Of a stretch of DNA of 33,200 nucleotides, positions 27,707 to 33,200 are shown one piece after another (within the stretch, counting starts at the first letter, position 1; every line of letters starts with the position of its first letter). The translations under genes were made by a program, and so were the position numbers. The stretch covers positions 1 to 33,200 of the forward strand of contig CAIKYN010000227.1 in NCBI GenBank assembly GCA_903831635.1. The letters run 5' to 3'. This DNA is from an uncultured Spartobacteria bacterium. GTDB taxonomy: Bacteria; Verrucomicrobiota; Verrucomicrobiia; Chthoniobacterales; UBA6821. The notes below the pieces were generated by a model. That model ran no database searches and was not told where the DNA came from. It worked only from the letters and a program-made list of their open reading frames with translations.

Positions 27707-28608
27707 GATTCCCGAATCCTCCGGTCAAGCAAGCGGTAGGAAAGATCCACCAGCAGGTTGAAGATCATCAAGAGTACGCAGTAGACGATGACCACTCCAC
27801 CGAGCAAGAAGCCGTCACGGTTAAGGATCGAATTGACAAAGAATCCTCCTGCTCCGGGAATGTGAAAGATCGTCTCCACAACAATGGACCCTGTGAGGAG
27901 GTTGGCCGCTAGGGGGGCAAGATAGGAAATTACCGGCAAGATCGCCACGCGGAGAGCGTGGCGGTAGACCACCGAGCGTTCGGAGAGGCCCTTTGCCCGA
28001 GCCGTGCGAACGAAATCCTCTGCTAGTGTCTCCCTCAGGCTGTCATGGAGCAGCCGTGCGATCACTGCTGCGTAGGGAATCGCCAGCGTCACGGATGGCA
28101 GAATGAGCTGAAGCGGGGTACCCCAGCCACCGACGGGAAGCCAAGCCAGCTTGATCGCAAAGATCAGGATGAGGAGAGGTCCTAGTACAAAGGAGGGGAG
28201 GGAAATTGCCAGCAGCGTCAGTGCAAGGGCTCCCGTTTCTGAAAATGTTCCCGGTCGCGCCGCCGCAAAGGCACCCAACCAGACGCCGATGGTGACGGCA
28301 ATCAGTAGTGCCGTGGCACCGAGAGTCAAGGTAACAGGGAGTGTCTGGGCAAGGATCTCGTTGACCGAGCGGTTGCGGTACTTCGTCGAAAGACGGAGAT
28401 CTCCATGGATCAGATCCTTGAGATAACCGCCATATTGAACCAGAAGCGGACCATCTAGCTTGTACTTTGCCAGAAGCTGCTTCTCGATGGCTTCCGGGAT
28501 CTTCCGCTCCGAATCAAAGGGCCCTCCCGGAGAAAGACGTATCAGAAAGAAAGTGATCGTCACTACGCAGAACAACACCACGGGGAGTGAAGCGAGGCGA
28601 CGAAGCAT
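27703..28608 (-). CDS. oppB: Oligopeptide ABC transporter permease B
   Basis: PGGPFDSE, DFVRTARAKGL, HALR, GSIVVETIFHIPG, NRD. Confidence 0.9.
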   Translation of the reverse strand: MLRRLASLPVVLFCVVTITFFLIRLSPGGPFDSERKIPEAIEKQLLAKYKLDGPLLVQYGGYLKDLIHGDLRLSTKYRNRSVNEILAQTLPVTLTLGATALLIAVTIGVWLGAFAAARPGTFSETGALALTLLAISLPSFVLGPLLILIFAIKLAWLPVGGWGTPLQLILPSVTLAIPYAAVIARLLHDSLRETLAEDFVRTARAKGLSERSVVYRHALRVAILPVISYLAPLAANLLTGSIVVETIFHIPGAGGFFVNSILNRDGFLLGGVVIVYCVLLMIFNLLVDLSYRLLDRRIRES

Positions 28609-28619
28609 GATGCCGAAAG

Positions 28620-28647
28620 GATGAAGGCAGAATGATGAATTATGAAG
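28620..28647. repeat. Degenerate tandem heptamers NNNGAAK x4
   Basis: gatgaag gcagaat gatgaat tatgaag, just upstream of the oppB start. Confidence 0.5.
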
Positions 28648-28685
28648 GAAAAGCCGTTTGATGAATCAAATCACCAAACGGCTTT
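28643..28685 (-). terminator. Intrinsic terminator after tpiA
   Basis: Arms aaagccgtttgatga (28650-28664) and tcaccaaacggcttt (28671-28685), 14/15 complementary, 6-nt loop; minus strand ends in a TTTTCCTT run. Confidence 0.7.
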
Positions 28686-28726
28686 AAGTCATCCAGCCCT
28701 GAGGCTTTGCGCGAAAAACTAACTAT

Positions 28727-29503
28727 TTATTCCGTAGGAACGGCCGCGGTCACAATCTCTGCAAAGCTGCGGGGGTCGAGGCTAGCACCCCCCACCAGGG
28801 CGCCGTCGATATCGGGCTGGGAGAGGAGTTCGCGGGCATTATCCGCGGTCACGCTTCCCCCGTAGAGAATGCGTGTCTTGTCGGCAATTTCAGCTCCTGC
28901 CGTAGTCTTTAGATAGTCGCGGATGAAGAGATGAGCCTCCTGAGCCTGAGCAGGAGTGGCAGTGAGTCCCGTGCCAATTGCCCAGACGGGCTCGTAAGCG
29001 ATCACAACCTCCTCAAGCTGTTCCGTGGTCAGTGCTTTCAGCGCCCCTTGAAGCTGAGCTTCAAGTATAGCTTTTTCCTGACCAGCCTGTCGCTCCTCAA
29101 GTGTCTCACCAATACAGAGGATGGGTCGAAGCTCGGAATTAAGAGCGGTTACGACCTTTCGGTGCACGAGCTCATCGGTCTCTCCGAAGAGGCGGCGGCG
29201 TTCGCTATGACCTACCAGTACGAAGCGTACGAAGAGATCGCGCAGCATCGCCGCGGAGATCTCGCCGGTGTAGGCCCCCTTGGCCTCCGGGGACATGTTC
29301 TGCGCGCCCAGTCGGATCTTCTGGGAGCCCCCCAAGATCTCCGAGGCCTTGGCGAGGGCCGTGAAGGGGGGGATGATGGCGATATCGACATTGTTGACCT
29401 TTTCAGTCTCTTGACGAAAGACCTCCAGATAGGGAGCGACCTCCGAGGCGGTCATGTTCATCTTCCAGTTACCTGCAACGAATTTCTTGCGTGGGAGTGC
29501 CAT
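28727..29503 (-). CDS. tpiA: Triosephosphate isomerase
   Basis: AGNWKM, GHSERR, AYEPVWAIGTG, LYGGSV, LVGGASL. Confidence 0.97.
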   Translation of the reverse strand: MALPRKKFVAGNWKMNMTASEVAPYLEVFRQETEKVNNVDIAIIPPFTALAKASEILGGSQKIRLGAQNMSPEAKGAYTGEISAAMLRDLFVRFVLVGHSERRRLFGETDELVHRKVVTALNSELRPILCIGETLEERQAGQEKAILEAQLQGALKALTTEQLEEVVIAYEPVWAIGTGLTATPAQAQEAHLFIRDYLKTTAGAEIADKTRILYGGSVTADNARELLSQPDIDGALVGGASLDPRSFAEIVTAAVPTE

Positions 29504-29517
29504 AGTAATTCGTGAGA

Positions 29518-30765
29518 TTAGGCCTTCTCGTCGAGTGAGGCAACTCCGGGAAGAGTCTTCCCTTCGAGGAGCTCCAGGGATGCACCGCCACCCGTGGAGG
29601 CATGGGTGACCTTGTCGATGACGCCGAATTTCTTGGCGGCTGTCGCCGTGTCACCTCCACCGACGATGGTGATGGCCCCTGCAGCTGTGGCAGCAGCGAC
29701 GGCCTCAGCCATGGACTTGGTTCCCTCGGCGAAGATGTCGAACTCGAAGACGCCGCAGGGGCCGTTCCAGACGATGGTCTTCGCGGAGGCGATGACCTTG
29801 GCAAAAAGCTCGCGGGTCTTTGGACCGCAATCGAATCCCTCCCAGCCATCAGAGATTCCGCTCTCAACGGTGGCCGTGCCGGTGTTGGCTGTTGGGGAGA
29901 AGGCATCTCCAGTGATGAAGTCAACGGGGAGGTGGATACGGACACCCTTCTCCTTCGCCTTGGCAATGAGTTCTGCCACGATCTCGGCACCGGCCGGATC
30001 ATAGAGGCTGTTACCGATCTGCATGCCATTGAGGACTTTCAGGAAGGTGTAGGCCATCCCTCCGCCGATGATGATGTCGTCAGCCTTCTCAACGAGGTTT
30101 CGGATAAGGGGGATCTTGTCGGCGATCTTGGCGCCGCCGAGGATCGCAAGCAGGGGGCGCTGAGGATTCTCAAGGACGGCTGCGAATGCGGCCAGTTCCT
30201 TCTCGACCAGGAAGCCGGCCACCTTGTCAGGAAGATCAACTCCAGTGACGCTGGAGTGTGCGCGGTGGGAGGTCCCGAACGCGTCGTTCACATAGACGTC
30301 AGCCAGTTTGCTAAGGCTGGCGCGGAAGGTGGCGACCTTGGCCGGATCAGCTTTTACGCTATTCCCCTCTGCATTCTTCGCCTTGCCCTCCTCCTCAATG
30401 TGGAAGCGGACGTTCTCGAGCAGGATGACTTCACCTGGTTTGAGTGCAGCGCACGCGGCCTCGACCTCGGATCCGACGCAATCGTTCAGGAAAGTCACGG
30501 GACGACAAAGGAGCTCCTGGAGCTTTTCGGCAACAGGCTTGAGGGTGTACTTGGCGACACGCTCACCATTCGGGCGTCCGAGATGGCTGGCAAGAACGAC
30601 GGAGGCTCCCTGATCCAGAGCATGCTGGATGGTGGGCAATGCCGCGGTGATGCGCTGCGTATTGGTGATTTCGCCGGTCTGCTTGTCCTGAGGGACATTG
30701 AAGTCGACGCGGATGAAGACGCGTTTGCCGGCGAGGGAGAGGTCCTTGATTGTTTTTTTAGCCAT
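29518..30765 (-). CDS. pgk: Phosphoglycerate kinase
   Basis: [53 protein letters not shown]. Confidence 0.97.
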   Translation of the reverse strand: MAKKTIKDLSLAGKRVFIRVDFNVPQDKQTGEITNTQRITAALPTIQHALDQGASVVLASHLGRPNGERVAKYTLKPVAEKLQELLCRPVTFLNDCVGSEVEAACAALKPGEVILLENVRFHIEEEGKAKNAEGNSVKADPAKVATFRASLSKLADVYVNDAFGTSHRAHSSVTGVDLPDKVAGFLVEKELAAFAAVLENPQRPLLAILGGAKIADKIPLIRNLVEKADDIIIGGGMAYTFLKVLNGMQIGNSLYDPAGAEIVAELIAKAKEKGVRIHLPVDFITGDAFSPTANTGTATVESGISDGWEGFDCGPKTRELFAKVIASAKTIVWNGPCGVFEFDIFAEGTKSMAEAVAAATAAGAITIVGGGDTATAAKKFGVIDKVTHASTGGGASLELLEGKTLPGVASLDEKA

Positions 30766-30794
30766 GGTGATTGGGAAGTTGGAATGTGTTGGTG

Positions 30795-30844
30795 AAAAGA
30801 AAGAGGGCAGGAAAGTCAGGAATGCACCTGCTTTACCTGCCCTC
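30795..30844 (-). terminator. Hairpin plus U-tract between gap and pgk
   Basis: gagggcagg-aaag-t-cagg / cctg-cttt-a-cctgccctc (30803-30844), followed on the minus strand by TTTCTTTT. Confidence 0.65.
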
Positions 30845-30861
30845 GAGAGTGATCTTAGTTT

Positions 30862-31926
<1,065 letters not shown>

Positions 31927-32001
31927 TCAGGGGTCGCACGGAGTTTGAAACTATTAAAAAGACGGGGCTTCTCCGTCAATTTTAAACGGATGAGGTGGCG
32001 T

Positions 32002-32547
32002 TTATGAAGCTTCGGTGGAGACTTTTGGAATCCCACCTAGGGCAAGCACTCGGATAATTTCATCCACGGTCTGTTCGTGGGGAAGTCCCGTGGCATCGAC
32101 TTGAATGTCAGCCGTTGCTTCGTAAATAGGAATGCGCGATTCAAGAAGTGCATTAAAGGTGCTGCGGGGATTCTCCACGTCGAGGAGAGGGCGTTTGCGA
32201 TTTCGGCTTGCACGCTCAAAGAGTGTCTCCGGATCGGCATGCAGCCAGACAATCCTTCCGATTCGATGAAGAAGAGCCCTGTTCTCTTCGCGCAGGATGG
32301 CGCCGCCACCTGTTGCGAGAACGATGTTCTGAGCTTCGACTAGATCCCGAAGCTCTGCGGACTCACGCTCCCGAAAGCGCTCTTCTCCTTCGTTCGCAAA
32401 GAGATCACTGATGCTGGTGCCTTGGGCTCGTGCAATAATCAGGTCGTCGCTGTCGAGAAACTCGTGACTGAGCCGTTTCGCCAACCGTCGACCGATGCTA
32501 CTCTTCCCACAGCCCATGAAGCCGATGAGGACGATATTGGAATTCAT
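32002..32547 (-). CDS. aroK: Shikimate kinase
   Basis: LIGFMGCGKSSIG P-loop, GEERFRERE, ATGGG, RPLL. Confidence 0.93.
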   Translation of the reverse strand: MNSNIVLIGFMGCGKSSIGRRLAKRLSHEFLDSDDLIIARAQGTSISDLFANEGEERFRERESAELRDLVEAQNIVLATGGGAILREENRALLHRIGRIVWLHADPETLFERASRNRKRPLLDVENPRSTFNALLESRIPIYEATADIQVDATGLPHEQTVDEIIRVLALGGIPKVSTEAS

Positions 32548-32613
32548 GCCGTTAGCCTACTCGTGATCGCAAAAAAGAACACCCTCGAACATGCTGTTGG
32601 CCGTCGAAGCGGA

Positions 32614-32642
32614 TTGATTGAATCTGGCGTGGTGAATAGACT
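32614..32642 (+). promoter_or_regulatory. Putative sigma70 promoter of purE
   Basis: TTGATT (32614-32619), 17-bp spacer, TAGACT (32637-32642), 6 nt before the ATG at 32649. Confidence 0.45.
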
Positions 32643-32648
32643 CAATGG

Positions 32649-33200
32649 ATGAGTTCCAAAAAAACGAAGTCATCCCAACCCACGACGAAATCGAAGTCTG
32701 CGAGTAAGGCTACAATTGCTGCTCCCTTGGTAGGGGTTGTCATGGGAAGTAAGAGCGACTGGGAGACGATGGGACATGCCGTGGCGCTGCTGGAGGAGTT
32801 CGGGGTTCCCTGCGAATACCGGGTCGTTTCCGCACACCGGATGCCCGATGTCATGGCCACTTATGCCAAGGAGGCTGAGGCGAGGGGACTGCATGCAATC
32901 ATTGCCGGGGCTGGCGGAGCTGCCCACTTGCCGGGAATGATTGCTGCCCAGACGACCGTGCCTGTCCTTGGGGTCCCGGTGAAGAGCCGCACCATGGAGG
33001 GATTTGACTCCCTGCTCTCGATTGTCCAGATGCCAGCCGGGATTCCCGTCGCCACATTCGCCATAGGCGAGGCGGGGGCTAAGAATGCTGCCTTGTTTGC
33101 GATCGCCCAGTTGGCCCTGCTCCATGAGGGGCTTGCTAGCAAACTTGCCACTTTTCGGAAAATCCAGACGAAGGCAGCCAGTGACAGTGTTCTGGAGCCT
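32649..33200 (+). CDS. purE: N5-carboxyaminoimidazole ribonucleotide mutase; stop outside window
   Basis: Hand translation [10 protein letters not shown]...[54 protein letters not shown]. Not in the ORF track because it runs off the window. Confidence 0.95.
   Translation, partial: MSSKKTKSSQPTTKSKSASKATIAAPLVGVVMGSKSDWETMGHAVALLEEFGVPCEYRVVSAHRMPDVMATYAKEAEARGLHAIIAGAGGAAHLPGMIAAQTTVPVLGVPVKSRTMEGFDSLLSIVQMPAGIPVATFAIGEAGAKNAALFAIAQLALLHEGLASKLATFRKIQTKAASDSVLEP

Noticed and set aside
29602-30795. 397-aa antisense ORF over pgk
   Set aside because: Typical codon-bias shadow frame of a highly expressed gene.

Overview
Gene-dense bacterial chromosomal segment. The gene styles suggest a Verrucomicrobia-like (PVC) organism; this is inference only. 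Left ~11 kb, carbohydrate/ester scavenging: a Kelch-propeller::sodium-solute-symporter fusion (cut by the window edge and missing from the ORF track), an SGNH hydrolase, a secreted esterase and a nitroreductase. These are followed by two paralogous lipoprotein GH1 glycosidases in divergent orientation around a secreted protein of unknown function; the right-hand GH1 lies in a tightly coupled run with D-lactate dehydrogenase, OppA and an SDR. Middle: polyprenyl synthase, radC, an orphan divergent lpxA preceded by a multi-hairpin element, His-rich larC, a speA-gcvT-gcvH-gcvP operon and tRNA-Val(TAC). Right: a 988-aa secreted cyclophilin fused to six Ig-like repeats and a PATR-like motif, cca, oppC/oppB, tpiA-pgk-gap, aroK and a partial purE. 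No transposase, integrase, CRISPR array or rRNA was seen. The best leads are the twin lipoprotein-GH1 module, the Kelch-SSS fusion with a WTD>WTL change, the LpxA with altered sugar-binding residues, the cyclophilin-adhesin fusion and two kinds of small intergenic element.
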